The notes under the pieces are model-generated. The model was not told the DNA's origin. It saw nothing but the letters and a program-made list of their open reading frames with translations, and made no database searches. Positions 49,016 through 64,000 of a stretch of DNA of 64,000 nt are shown in pieces. A program made the translations under genes and the position numbers. Numbering within the stretch: position 1 is the stretch's first letter; every line of letters begins with the position of its first letter. Source of the stretch: the human T2T-CHM13v2.0 reference genome, Homo sapiens; NCBI GenBank assembly GCA_009914755.4, contig CP086569.2:16864001-16928000 (forward strand), given 5' to 3'.

Positions 49016-49943
49016 AAAATACAGGACAGGTGAGGGGAGAGATAGCAGGATGACTCCCAGGTTATAGAGAACAACTACTTGTTTGGTAGATCTCTTACCT
49101 TGTCCTTCGAAGGAGGAGCACTTCTAGGAATAGAGACACTTTCTCTTTTGCACACACTGCATTTGTAACCATACCAGAGCAATCTGGTTCAACTTTTATG
49201 TAGAAAGGTTGTGAATTGTTTTTCAGTTGTCCTGGATCCCCAGTTTAAGGTCACATAACCTGGGCATTCCAAAATGAACCAAGGTGGGACTTAAGTCCCA
49301 CAAGGAATGGGGACTGCATTAAGAAGCAAACACTCACGGTGGGATTCAGGGTCCAATCAGATTGAGCCCTGATTTCACCCTGTGGCAGAATCCACTAAGT
49401 TGATTCCTCTCAGCATTGCCTCATTGCAAGATCCAATCAGATAATGCTTTATTATTCCATGCTTATAAAACCCAACCTATCCCCATATTAGAGAGACAGA
49501 TTTGAACATTTCCTTCTGTCTCCTCACCAGTTGACTCACAGTAAAACTTTTCTTTTCTCAAAAGCCAATGCCATGGAATTGGCTTCTTTCTGCATCAGAA
49601 AAGAGCCCATTTATTGCTCAGTAACACATTTGAGAGGGAAATAGGTGGTAGACAAATGGCTAGATATCCAGAGTTCTGAGACCAGGTCTGACCTGGGAGC
49701 AGAGAAGAGCTGATGTTTAAGCTGTTTGACGATGGGTCTGAATGGATTTATGATGGCTTTCTGGCCTTAGAAAAACAAAATAGTTGTATGTGTGTGAGAT
49801 TTTTTTCAATTGGGTGTGCAAGTCTTTCAGACAACAGCCAACATACACACCATCCTTGTAGATGGTTCAGATGGACACATAGCCAATGAGAACATCTTGG
49901 AGAACATCAATGTTTAAGGCACCAACTATAAGTCACACAGTGT

Positions 49944-52722
49944 ATTTTTTATTATACTTTAAGTTGTAGGGTACATGTGCACAATGTGCAGGTTTGTTAC
50001 ATATGTACACTAGTGCTGTGTTAGTTTGCAGCACCCATTAACTCATCATTTACATTAGGTATTTCTCCTAATGCTATATCCCTCCCCCAAAACCCCACCC
50101 CATGTCAGACCCCAGTGTGTGATGTTCCCTGTCCTGTGTCCAAGTGTTCTCATTGTTAAATTCCCACCTATGAGTGAGAACATGCAGTGTTTTTGGCTTT
50201 CTGCCCTTGTGATAATTTGCTAAGAATGATGGTTTCCAGCTTCATCCATGTGCCTACAAAGGACATGAACTCATCACTTTTTATGGCTGCACAGTATTCC
50301 ATGGTGTATATGTCCAACATTTTCTTAATCCAGTCTATTATTGTTCGACATTTGGGTTGGTTCCAAGTCTGTGTTATTGTGAATAGTGCCGCAATAAACA
50401 TACATGTGCATGTGTCTTTATAGTAGAATGATTTATAATCCTTTGGGTATATACCTAGTAATGGGATGGCTGGGTCAAATGGCATTTCTGGTTCTAGATC
50501 CTTGAGGAATCACCACACTGTCTTCCACAATGGTTGAACTAGTTTACACTCCCATCAACTATGTGAAAACGTTCCTATTTCTCCACACCCTCACCAGCAC
50601 TTGTTGTTTCCTGACTTTTTAATGATTGCCATTCTAACTGGTGTGAGATGTTATGTCATTGTGGTTTTGGTTAGCATTTCTCTGATGGCCAGTGATGATG
50701 AGCATTTTTTTCCTGTGTCTGCTGGCTGCATAAATGTCTTTTGAAAATGTCTGTTCATATCCTTTTTCCATTTTTTGATGGGGTTGTTTGATATTTTCTT
50801 GTAAATTTAAGTTATTTGTAGATTCTGGATATTAGCCCTTTGTCAGATGGATAGATTGTAAAAATTTTCCCCCATTCTGTAGGTTGCCTGTTCACTCTGA
50901 TGGTAGTTTATTTTGCTGTGCAGAAGCTCTTTGGTTTAATTAGATCTCATTTTTCAATTTTGGCTTTCGTGGCCATTGTTTTGGTGTTTTAGTCAGGAAG
51001 TCCTTGTCCACGCCTATGTCCTGAATGATATTGCCTAGGTTTTCTTCTCAGGTTTTCATGGTTTTAGATCTAAGATTTAAGTCTTTAATCCACCTTGAAT
51101 TAATTTTTGTAGAAGGTGTAAGGAAGGGATCCAGTTTCATCTTTCTACATATGGCTAGCCAGTTTTCCCAGCACCATTTATTAAATAGGGAATCCTTTCC
51201 CCATTGCTTGTTTTTCTCAGGTTTGTCAAAGATCAGATAGTTGTAGATATGTGGCATTATTTCTGAGGGCTCTGTTCTGTTCCATTGATCTATATCTCTG
51301 TTTTGGTACCAGTACCATGCTGTTTTGGTTACTGTGGCCTTGTAATATAGTTTGAAGATAGGTAGCGTGATGCTTCCAGCTTTGTTGTTTTTCCTTAGGA
51401 TTGCCTTGGCAATGCAGGCTCTTTTTTTGTTCCATATGAACTTTATAGTAATTTTTTTTCAATTTTTGAAGAAAGTCATTGGTAAATTGATGAGAATGGC
51501 ATTGAATCTATAAATTGCCTTGGGCAGTATGACCATTTTCACAATATTGATTTTTCCTATCCATGAGCATGGAATGTTCTTCTATTTGTTTCTGTCCTCT
51601 TTTATTTCATTGACTAGTGGTTTCTAGCTCTTCTTGAATAGGTCCTTCACATATCCTGTAAGTTGGATTCCTAGGTATTTTATTCTCTTTGAAGCAACTG
51701 TGAATGGGAGTTCACTCATGATTTGGCTCTCTGTCTGTTATTGGTGTTTAAGAATGCTTGTGATTTTCACACATTGATTTTGTATCCTGAGAGTTGGCTG
51801 AAGTTGCTTATCATCTCAGGGAGATTTAAGGCTGAGACGATGGGATTTTCTAAATATACAATCATGTCATCTGCAGGCAAGGACAATTTGACTTCCTCTT
51901 TTCCTAATTGAATACTCTTTATTTCTTTATCTTGCCTGATTGCCCTGGCCAGAACTTCCAACACTATGTTGAATAGGATTGTTGAGAGAGGGTATACCTG
52001 ACTTGTGCCAGTTTTCAAAGGGAATGCTTCCAGTTTTTGCCCATTCAGTATGATACTGGCTGTGGGTCTGTCACAAATGCCTCTTATTATTTTGAAATAT
52101 GTTCCATCAATACCTATTTTATTGAGAGTTTTTAGTATGAAGCGCTGTTGAATTTTTTGAAGGCCTTTCTGCATCTATTGAGATAATCATGGGTTTTTGT
52201 CTTTGGTTCCGTTTATGTGATAGATTACATTTATTGATTTGCATATGTTGAACCAGCCTTACATTCCAGGGACGAAGCCCACTTAATTTTGGTGGATAAG
52301 CTTTTTTATGTGCCCTCTATTTTTATTGATTGGAATAGTTTCAGAAGGAATGGTACCAGCTCCTCTCCGTACCTCTGCTAGAATTCAGCTGTGAATCCAT
52401 CTGGTCCTGGAATTTTTTTTGGTTGGTAGGCTACTAATTGTTACCTCAATTTCAGAGCCTGTTATTGGTTTATTCAGCAATTCAACTTCTTCCTGATTTA
52501 GTGTTGTGTGGGTGCATGTGTCCAGAAATTTATTCATTTCTTATAGATTTTCTAGTTAATTTAATTTGTGTAGAGGTGTTTACAGTATTCTGTGATGGTA
52601 GTTTGTATTTCTGTGCAATCATTGGTGATATCCCCTTTATCATTTTTAATTGCATCTATTTGATTATTTTCTTTTCTTATTAGTCTTGCTAGTGGTCTAT
52701 CAATTTTGTTGATCTTTTCAAA
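49944..52722 (-). mobile_element. LINE-1 (L1PA-like), 3' UTR plus ~2.5 kb of ORF2; 5'-truncated with a ~150-bp internal deletion near 52300
   Basis: Reverse-complement L1 3' end (ttttttattatactttaagttgtagggtacatgtgcacaatgtgcaggtttgttacatatgtacac...). ORF2 fragments lie on the minus strand at 50168-50485, 51048-51257 and 51767-52174 ([34 protein letters not shown]). Confidence 0.9.
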
Positions 52723-53771
52723 ACTGTATTTTCACACTGTATTTTTTACTTCAGATATCATTGCATTTTCCTCTGGTTCCTGCACATATTTTAATCTATC
52801 AGTCTTTCTTTCTCCTTTTCAACATGATTCCTGGTTTTCTATAACCGTTGCTAAGTGCTTTGCATTTTAAATAAATTGCCACTTATTTTCTTAGTATGAC
52901 TTCCATCAGTCACATTAGTGAGAGTCATTGCAGAGGAGATAGGAAAGAACACAATCCAAAGAGCATTTAGTATAGAAGAGAAGCCGGAGCTATGACAAGG
53001 AGAGTGTAGAGAAGAAAAAATTCATACCTGGGCACCAGTCTATGGAGATGCTACAAAATCACCAAGGGGGGTGTTTTCTTCCATTTTGTTTTCCTATGCG
53101 TTGCTGATTTTAGGTTTGTTGAATAATGAACCCAAGTCTGGTTATGCATGTACTCATTTCCAAACAAAATCTAGTGTGGGGGCTGGTGCAGGATTGGGGA
53201 GCACTTGAAAGTGGGCATTTTTTTTATTCCTAACACCATTTATGCACATGACACTATTTGAGTAGATTCAGCCTCCTTTATACCTGGGAAACGACTCCCT
53301 CTCCAGTAAGCCCCAGTTTCCAGAAAGCACTATTGTATAATATCCAACTCAATCTGATCAATAACATTGCTAGCCTCAGCCTTGAACATCCATGGATTTA
53401 TAGACCTTGAAATAAAAGACATTCTGTAGGTTCTAAAGTTGTCTATATTTTCTCATCCTAAGAAAAAAAGAAAAGTGGCAAAGAAGGAAGGGGAGAGGGT
53501 AGAAGGAAAGAAAGAGCAGGAAGAGGGCTGGTCATAACACTTAGCCTCCATGGCTAAGAAAGTTCAGTTCCAGCCTGAAACCTCTTTGGCATGTTGAATG
53601 ATGTTCTGCTTCTATGAGTTCATGTTTACACTGGACTATCTTATTGTTTTAGGATGCTTATAGCTGAGCCTAAATTGTTATTCCATTACTTGAGTACTGA
53701 GGTTTCATGAAGTAATTGGAACACAAAAGTCCACTAACAGATTGCTTCTGTTATTGTTCTAATCTGAGCAG

Positions 53772-53845
53772 TGTTGAGTTTTCCTTCTTCTGTTAATGCT
53801 CTAACCTGAGCAGTGTTGAGTTTTTCTTCTTTCTAGGACAGACAT
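53772..53845. repeat. two-copy tandem duplication of a ~38-bp unit
   Basis: ctaatctgagcagtgttgagttttccttcttctgttaatg followed by ctctaacctgagcagtgttgagtttttcttctttctagg. Confidence 0.7.
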
Positions 53846-54229
53846 TGGCAATTGATGGTGCTAATCCAACCCAGACTACTTCTGTTTTTGTAAATGAAGT
53901 TTTATGGACAAGAAATCATATCATTTGTTAACACATTGCCTATGGCTCTTTTCATGCTGCAGAAGTAGATTTTAAAAATTGTAGAGAACCTATGGCCAAA
54001 AGAGCCTAAAATACATGCCCTCTGGCCCTTCACAAAAACCACTGGTTAGTCCCTGCTATATAAGATCAACAATTTTGTGTAACAAAGTGGGTAGCAAAAC
54101 AGATTCCTCATCAGTGATATGCTTCAGATATTACTGTTTAATATTTTCATGACTAATATGATATTGGCTAAATAAGAAAATAATTGAGAGAAAATTACAG
54201 GCCCTCTACTAATCCCTAAAGGAAATATT

Positions 54230-55160
54230 CAACAGAGAGAAAGGAAGAAAAGAAACAGGAGGAAGGGAGAAAGAGGAAGGAAGGGAGAAAGTGAGAGAGG
54301 AGGAAAGAAAGGCAGGGAAGGATGGAGGGAGGGAAGGAAGGAAGGAGGAAAGGAAGGAAGGAAAGAAGGAAAGAAGAAAGGAATGAAGGAAGGAAGGAAA
54401 GAAAAAGGGAGAGTGGGAAGAGAGGAAGGAAGGAAGAAAGAAAAAGGAAAAAAGGAAGGAAGGAGGGAGGGAGAGATGGAAAGATAAAAGGACAATGGGA
54501 AGAGAGGAAGATAGGAAGGAAGGAACAAAGGAATGAAGGAAAGAAGGGAGAAAGGGAAGGAGAAAAGGAAGGAAGGAAGGAGGAAGGGAAGGAAGAAAGA
54601 ATGGAGGGAATGAAGGAAAGATGGAAGGAAAGAAGGAAGAAGGGAGGCAGGAAGCAAGGAAGGAAGGAAAGAAGGAATAAGGGAGAGAAGGAGTGAGGGA
54701 TGGCAGAAATGAGGAAGGGAAGAAAGAAAGGGGAGAAGGAAGAACAGATGGAGGGAGAACTGGAGAGACGGAAGGAAGAAAGGGAGGTGAGGAAGAAAGG
54801 AGGGAGGGGAGGAAGAACGGGCGGAAGTAAGGAAGAAAAGAAGGAAGAAAGAAAAAGGAAAGAAGGAATAAAGAAGGGAAGAAAAGAAGGAAGGAAGGAA
54901 GGACAAAGGGAGGAAAGAAAGGAGGGAGGGAAGGAAGTAAAAACGGAATGAAGAAATGAAGAAATGAATAAAGGAGGGAGGGAGAGAAGGAAGAAAGGAA
55001 AAAGGGAAGGAAGGAGGGAGGGAAGAAGGAAGGAGGGCTAGAAAGAGGAAAGGATGGAGGGAATAAAGAAGGGAGGAAGGGAGGAAGGAAGGAAGAAAAA
55101 AAGGAAGGAAGGAAGAAAAAAAGGAAGGAAGGAAGAAGGGAGGGAGGGGAGAAGGGAGAT
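54230..55160 (+). repeat. ~930-bp polypurine (GGAA/GGAAGG/GAAAGA)n tract, purines on the plus strand
   Basis: Almost pure G/A read directly (ggaaggaaggaaggagg...). The 318-aa minus-strand ORFs (S/P/F/L-rich) and plus-strand K/E/R/G-rich ORFs are translation artefacts of this repeat. Confidence 0.95.
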
Positions 55161-55516
55161 GCCATACAAAAAGCAGTGCGACCATGTGGGAGGAATAAGT
55201 TCTACCCTAAATAAGAGCAATAAAATACGCAAGAAAAAGTATTTACTTCCATAATGTAAATGTCTTTCTACACATAAAATATCTGTCTGGACCACCAGTT
55301 GTATTAAAAAAAAAAAAAAACTACTGATGTTTACATACAGGGTTTCTTTCAGTATTCTGACTCCAATTTCATTCTTAACATTTTTTTCTCTGTGATATAA
55401 GACTAATTAAGCCTAACATTTGCTGTTCTTGGGAAAGATGGTTATTTCAACCATATCTAATAACATCTTATGGGTCTTCAGAATTGAAGAAGAGCTATAT
55501 TTTCATCTGAATATGT

Positions 55517-55912
55517 TGATATATTTTAATATGGTTAGGATTTGTGTCCCCAGCCAAATCTCATTTTGAATTGTAATCCCTATAATTACTATAATCTCCA
55601 TGTATCAAAGGAGAGACTTAGTAGAGGTAATAGGGTTATGGGGGAATTTTCCCCCGTGCCAATCTCACAATGGTGAATGAGTTCTTATGAGATCTAATGG
55701 TTTTATAAGGGGCTCTTTCCCCTTAGCTCAGGAGGTTTTCTTTCCGTCACCTTATGAAGAAGGTGTCTTACTTCCCCTATGCCTCCTGCCATGATTGTAA
55801 AATTCTTGAGGCCTCCCCAGCCATGCTAAACTGTGAGTCCATTAAACTTCTCTCTTTATAAATTGCCCAGTCTCAGGCAGTTCTTTGTAACAATATGAAA
55901 GTAGAGTAATAT
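55517..55912 (+). mobile_element. MaLR LTR (THE1/MST-like), full length
   Basis: tgatatattttaatatggttaggatttgtgtccccagccaaatctcattttgaattgtaatccc...gccatgctaaactgtgagtccattaaacttctctctttataaattgcccagtctcaggcagttctttgtaacaatatgaaagtagagtaatat. Confidence 0.8.
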
Positions 55913-55952
55913 ATTCAGCTAGAATTTGGATGGTAGTTCTCCGTATGTGCAG

Positions 55953-56115
55953 CGATATAGTTTGGCTCTGTGAGCCTACCAAAATATCACGTTGAGTTTT
56001 CATACCCAGTGTTGGGGGATGGGCCTGCTGGGATGTGATTGAATCACGGGGCTGGATTTCTCCTTTGCCGTTCTCATGATGGAGTTCTTATGAGATCTTG
56101 TTGTTTGAAAGTGTG
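55953..56115 (+). mobile_element. second MaLR LTR, 5' part only, 46 bp downstream of the first; truncated by the Alu
   Basis: cgatatagtttggctctgtgagcctaccaaaatatcacgttgagttttcatacccagtgttgggggatgggcctgctgggatgtgattgaatcacggggctgg...gatcttgttgtttgaaagtgtg. Confidence 0.7.
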
Positions 56116-56617
<502 letters not shown>

Positions 56618-58065
56618 CTAGGTCAGACCTACAAATTTTAATGATTTAATATTGCCTCTAATGAGTTAAGAAACAGTGACTACCTTTCCACAGCAGTTTC
56701 CAGTTGCTATCCAAGTTTCAATGTAGGCTATGTCAATACTGAGAAGTGAATATCAGTTCAGAGAACTTTGCTAGATATCTTTCTTTTTTCTGTTTTTTTT
56801 CTTTCACCTTCTGCTCTTCACATGATAATAACCTTCCTTCAATAATGTGGAACAATACAATAGCTGTTCTTCAGCAATGTTTCTGCCAGACTTTAACAAC
56901 CATAATCTTTAGTACCAAATTCAAAAAGAATTACACTTTCAACATTGAAAGAATTACACTTTCAAAATTGTGCAGTGGCACAATCTTAACGAGGTCATGG
57001 AGTGAATATTTATATGTATTTTTCTTCATTTGTCATGAACATCCTAACTGTTTCATATCACCAGACTATCAAAATCTGTCATATTAAAATGCATATTAGA
57101 AAATTTAATATTCATAGTATAATGGATAATTTTTTTCCATTTCTGGAAAATATACAGTTGGAATTAATTATCCAATAGTGATATTTTAAAAAAAACTTCA
57201 CTTAATCTGTGAAAATAAGTGAGTAACTACAGAAAAATACACATGGGGCCTGAGACTGGAGTATGGGGTGAAAATAAGACAAATGTGTCAAGTATAATGC
57301 AAGATTAGAGTGAGAAGTCTGCAGTAAACTTAGACCAGACCACGTGTTCTTTTTCATCAAGTCTGCCTTAGGCACTGATAACTCTGAACATGGTCCTTCA
57401 TGTCTACAAACTTCCTTGTTCTCCATTGTTCTTGTTACAAAATTAAATTTCTAATGAAGAAATACACAAACATTACTGAAAAACGTAGAAGACAACAAAT
57501 ATAAATAAAGTCATATGGCATGATTTTGGATGAGATTTTTCAGTATTCTTAACATATTAAAACTTTTAGACTTAAGCTATCATGTTTGACACAACAATAA
57601 AGAGAACCACAGTGGAATTTTGTTCCATTCTTTAGATTAAAAAGTTATTTTTCTACTCATCTGGAAGGAGAAACATACAAGCATAGTCATGGCAATTTGA
57701 GAAAGAAGATCAATAGAGTAAGAGAGGGAGATTTGAAATATCTTGGTATAAATTTCAAATTATTAAAATACTGTTGTATTATAATAGCTGTATGGTGACT
57801 GATTATGCCAAAATGAAGTAGACAAAAGAAAAAACAAATGAAAACACAAAAAAAGCCAAAGAGAATTAGATTATCTTGTAATGCAAAGTTATAAGCATTT
57901 GGATTAACTCTTCAGGAAAAAAATCATTTCTTATCTAATTGAACCTCAGGATTAAATATAGTTATTAGGAGTCACTCTTCCAGTTCAAGAAAAAATATTA
58001 CTCTCATCCTAATAAACAAAACAATAGACATTTATTTAAAAGATCTTTTAGTCAAAATTTTTATG

Positions 58066-58371
58066 ATTTTTTGTTTGTTTGTTTGTTTTTTGAGATGGAT
58101 TCTCTATCTGTTGCCCAGGTTGGAGTGCAATGTTGTAATCTTGGCTCACTGCAAGCTCCGCCTCCTGGGTTCTTGCCATTCTCCTGCCTCAGCCTCCTGA
58201 CTCGCTGGGACTACAGGCATCCACCACCATGCCTAGCTAATTTTTTGTATTTTTAGTAGAGACGGGGTTTCACCATGTTATCCAGGATGGTCTTGATCTC
58301 CTGACCTTGTGATTCACCCACCTCGGCCTCCCAAAGTGTTGGGATTACAGGTGTGAGCCACCATGCTGGGC
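58066..58371 (-). mobile_element. Alu SINE
   Basis: tttttgtttgtttgtttgttttttgagatggattctctatctgttgcccaggttggagtgcaatg...gggattacaggtgtgagccaccatgctgggcc. Confidence 0.9.
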
Positions 58372-58414
58372 CAAAAAATTACGTTTTTTTAGAAAACTTT
58401 TGTGGTTTTTTAGG

Positions 58415-58580
58415 TTTGTTTTGGTTTTGTTTTGAGACAGGGTCTTGCTCTGTTGTCCATGTTAGAGTGTAGTTGTACAGTTGTAGCTCACTCTAGACTT
58501 GAACTCCCAGCCTCAAGGGATCCTACCACCTCAACCTCCAGAGTGGCTTGCACTACTAGCATGCTCAGCTAATTTTTAAA
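58415..58580 (-). mobile_element. Alu fragment or monomer, diverged
   Basis: gttttgttttgagacagggtcttgctctgttgtccatgttagagtgtagttgtacagttgtagctcactctagacttgaactcccagcctcaagggatcctacc...gctcagctaatttttaaag. Confidence 0.7.
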
Positions 58581-58591
58581 GATATTTTTAT

Positions 58592-59006
<415 letters not shown>

Positions 59007-59657
59007 TTAAAAATGTAATTAAAGTTCAGGAAACAATGAAACACCTATAAACTGAATTCAAAAAGTAACAAGATCTATATAAGAAAGAAAACACACCTGA
59101 CTATTTTCATTTTGGATTTGGAGAGGCAGAGGAAGCTGCTAATGTGGTAAAGAAGACACTAGCTAAACTTTTTATAAGGTGCAGTGACCACAGGCAGGTA
59201 GGCATGTCAGTTTAGACAACTGAGGAGTGCTAGTCTGTGAACGGATCCTCATCCACCTGCAAACTGCTTCCCAAACATCTCTACAGAGGGTAGAGTGATA
59301 GTATGTCAAATATGGTGCATACAGGAGGAGAGAGCTGGGAAGCATAGCTCCTCAGGCACAATCTACCCCAAGTTCATGGCAGCCTCTCTCAGAAGGTTGA
59401 GGTCAGGGAAGGAGAACTTAATGAAACGCTGCATGGACATCTCTGACCTTTACAGGATATAAGACAATAGCCCTCCAAACATTGAAGGCAGTGTCACAAG
59501 GTGGAGAAAATTCTCTTGGTGTACAGAAAGCTGGGCATGACAGACAGAGCAAATAGATACTCCAGCAATTCTCACAAAATGACATTGAGATTTTCCATGA
59601 AAAAATCCAGAAATAAATACATCCCAAATTTTAAAGTACATGTTGTCCTAAGTAGCA

Positions 59658-60019
59658 TGTATTAGTCCATTATCACAGTACTATAAAGACACTACCTGAG
59701 ACTGGGTAATTAAAAAGAGAAAAAAAGCTTAATTGACTCACATTTCCATATGGCAGGGAAGCCTCAGGAAACTTACATTCATGGCAGAAGGCAAAGCAGG
59801 CACATCTTACATGGCGGCAGGAGAGAGAGAGCATGCAAGCAGCGGAAAGGCTAGATGCTCATAAAACCATCAGATCCCATGAGAACTCACTATCACAATA
59901 ACAACATGGGAAGCCACCCCCCTCGATCCAATCACTTTCCACCAGGTTTCTCTCCATAAACACATGCAGATTACGATTCAAGATGAGATTTGGGTAGGGA
60001 CAAAAATCCTAACCATATC
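59658..60019 (-). mobile_element. MaLR LTR (THE1/MST-like)
   Basis: tgtattagtccattatcacagtactataaagacactacctgagactgggtaattaaaaagagaaaaaaagcttaattgactcacatttccatatggcagggaagcctcaggaaacttacattcatggcagaagg...cagattacgattcaagatgagatttgggtagggacaaaaatcctaaccatatca. Confidence 0.75.
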
Positions 60020-60976
60020 ATAGCAGGATGAAATCTCCCATCATTACTCTCTATCCTGCCAGGGACAGGAATCATCTTTCTCTTCAGTATATCTGTTCTG
60101 TAGACAATTAGGAGTCATCTCAGTTATTGGAGTCATTGCCCTGGTATGGAGTGCTTATGGTCAAATAATCTTTATTTTCCTTAGTAATGGCCCCAAAGTA
60201 TAAGACTAGACATGCTGGCATATTATTATAATTGTTACCTTTTTTTATCAATTCTCTCACTGTCCCTAATTTATAAATTAAACTTATCATAAGTATATAG
60301 CTATAAGAAAAAATATAGTATCTATAGCGTTCAGTATTATCTTCAGTTTCAGGGATCCACATGGGCCTTCAAACATATCACCCATAATAAGGGGAAATTA
60401 CTGAAGTATAATTTTTTAAATGTTGACTAGGATATGTTAAAGATAAATATTGAATTCTCTACAGTCATACTTTCAGCAGAACTTTCTGAGATGACAGAAG
60501 ATGGGTTAGTGTCTTGGAAATGCTACAACAAAAATACCAGAGACTGGGTAGCTCATAAATGACACTAACATATTTCTCATAGTTTGGGAGGCTGGAAGTC
60601 CAAAATTAAGACAGCCTCAGATTCAGCGTCTGGTGAGGACTTGCTTCCTGCTTCATAGATGGCACCTTCTTGTGTTCTCACATAGTAGAAGGGGTGAGGG
60701 AGCTCTCTGGAGTACCTTTTATGAGATTTCTAATCCCACTCACAAGGCCCACTTTCACGACCTCATCACCTCCCAAAGGACACACATTCTAATATCATCA
60801 CCTTGACGGTTATCTTTCAACACAGGAATTAAGTGGGAGGACACAAATATTTAGTCTATAGAAGTATTGCATTGTTCAATATGGTAGCCATCAGCAACCT
60901 TGGATAGTGAAAGCTTGAAATGTGGCTAGTGTGAGATAGGGGCTGATTTTTGACATTGCTATTTAATTCTACTTTC

Positions 60977-64000
<3,024 letters not shown>

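Noticed and set aside
49944-52722. Possibility that one of the L1PA copies (also 9803-11290 and 60977-64000) is retrotransposition-competent
   Set aside because: All three are 5'-truncated, or truncated by the window edge in the case of 60977-64000. Their ORF2 is broken into multiple frames by stops and frameshifts. No ORF1 or 5' UTR is present in the window.
54209-55185. Two 318-aa minus-strand ORFs (S/P/F/L-rich), plus K/E/R/G-rich plus-strand ORFs, that would look like proline-rich or lysine-rich proteins
   Set aside because: They are translations of the polypurine·polypyrimidine (GGAA/GGAAGG)n tract. They have extreme low complexity and overlap in several frames and strands. They are not genes.

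Overview
This window is primate genomic DNA, almost certainly human or a close catarrhine relative, and not a prokaryotic or accessory-gene region. It is non-coding and dense in repeats, with no operons, CRISPR arrays or host exons that I can support. Four element classes dominate the sequence.

- **Alu SINEs:** at least 14, including inverted pairs.
- **LINE-1 fragments:** at least 9, in both orientations. Four are L1PA-like and retain a recognisable ORF2 C-terminus and 3' UTR.
- **MaLR LTRs:** an unusually dense scatter of THE1/MST/MLT1-type copies, about 12 in total. Several abut GATA/TATC microsatellites.
- **A HERV-K-like provirus:** one full-length but degenerate betaretrovirus-like element, minus strand, about 15894-25239. 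It has two ~900-bp LTRs, a tRNA-Lys-type PBS, a PPT, and recognisable gag (MA, NC zinc knuckles), pro (dUTPase), pol (RT, RNase H, IN) and env (SU, TM) remnants. A candidate 6-bp target-site duplication, TTCTAC, flanks it.

Low-complexity tracts make up the rest:
- a ~50-bp-unit minisatellite (4545-5110);
- a 36-bp-unit alternating purine/pyrimidine minisatellite (26862-27300);
- a ~930-bp polypurine (GGAA/GGAAGG)n tract (54230-55160);
- an inverted duplication built around (GATA)n/(TATC)n tracts (6148-7417).

Every ORF of 60 aa or more in the supplied track is explained by transposable-element remnants (L1 ORF2, ERV genes) or by translation of simple repeats. I see no evidence of an undescribed cellular system. 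The most interesting items are the structurally complete old HERV-K-like provirus with an open 169-aa env-TM frame, the MaLR/microsatellite architecture, and the long triplex-prone and Z-DNA-prone tracts.
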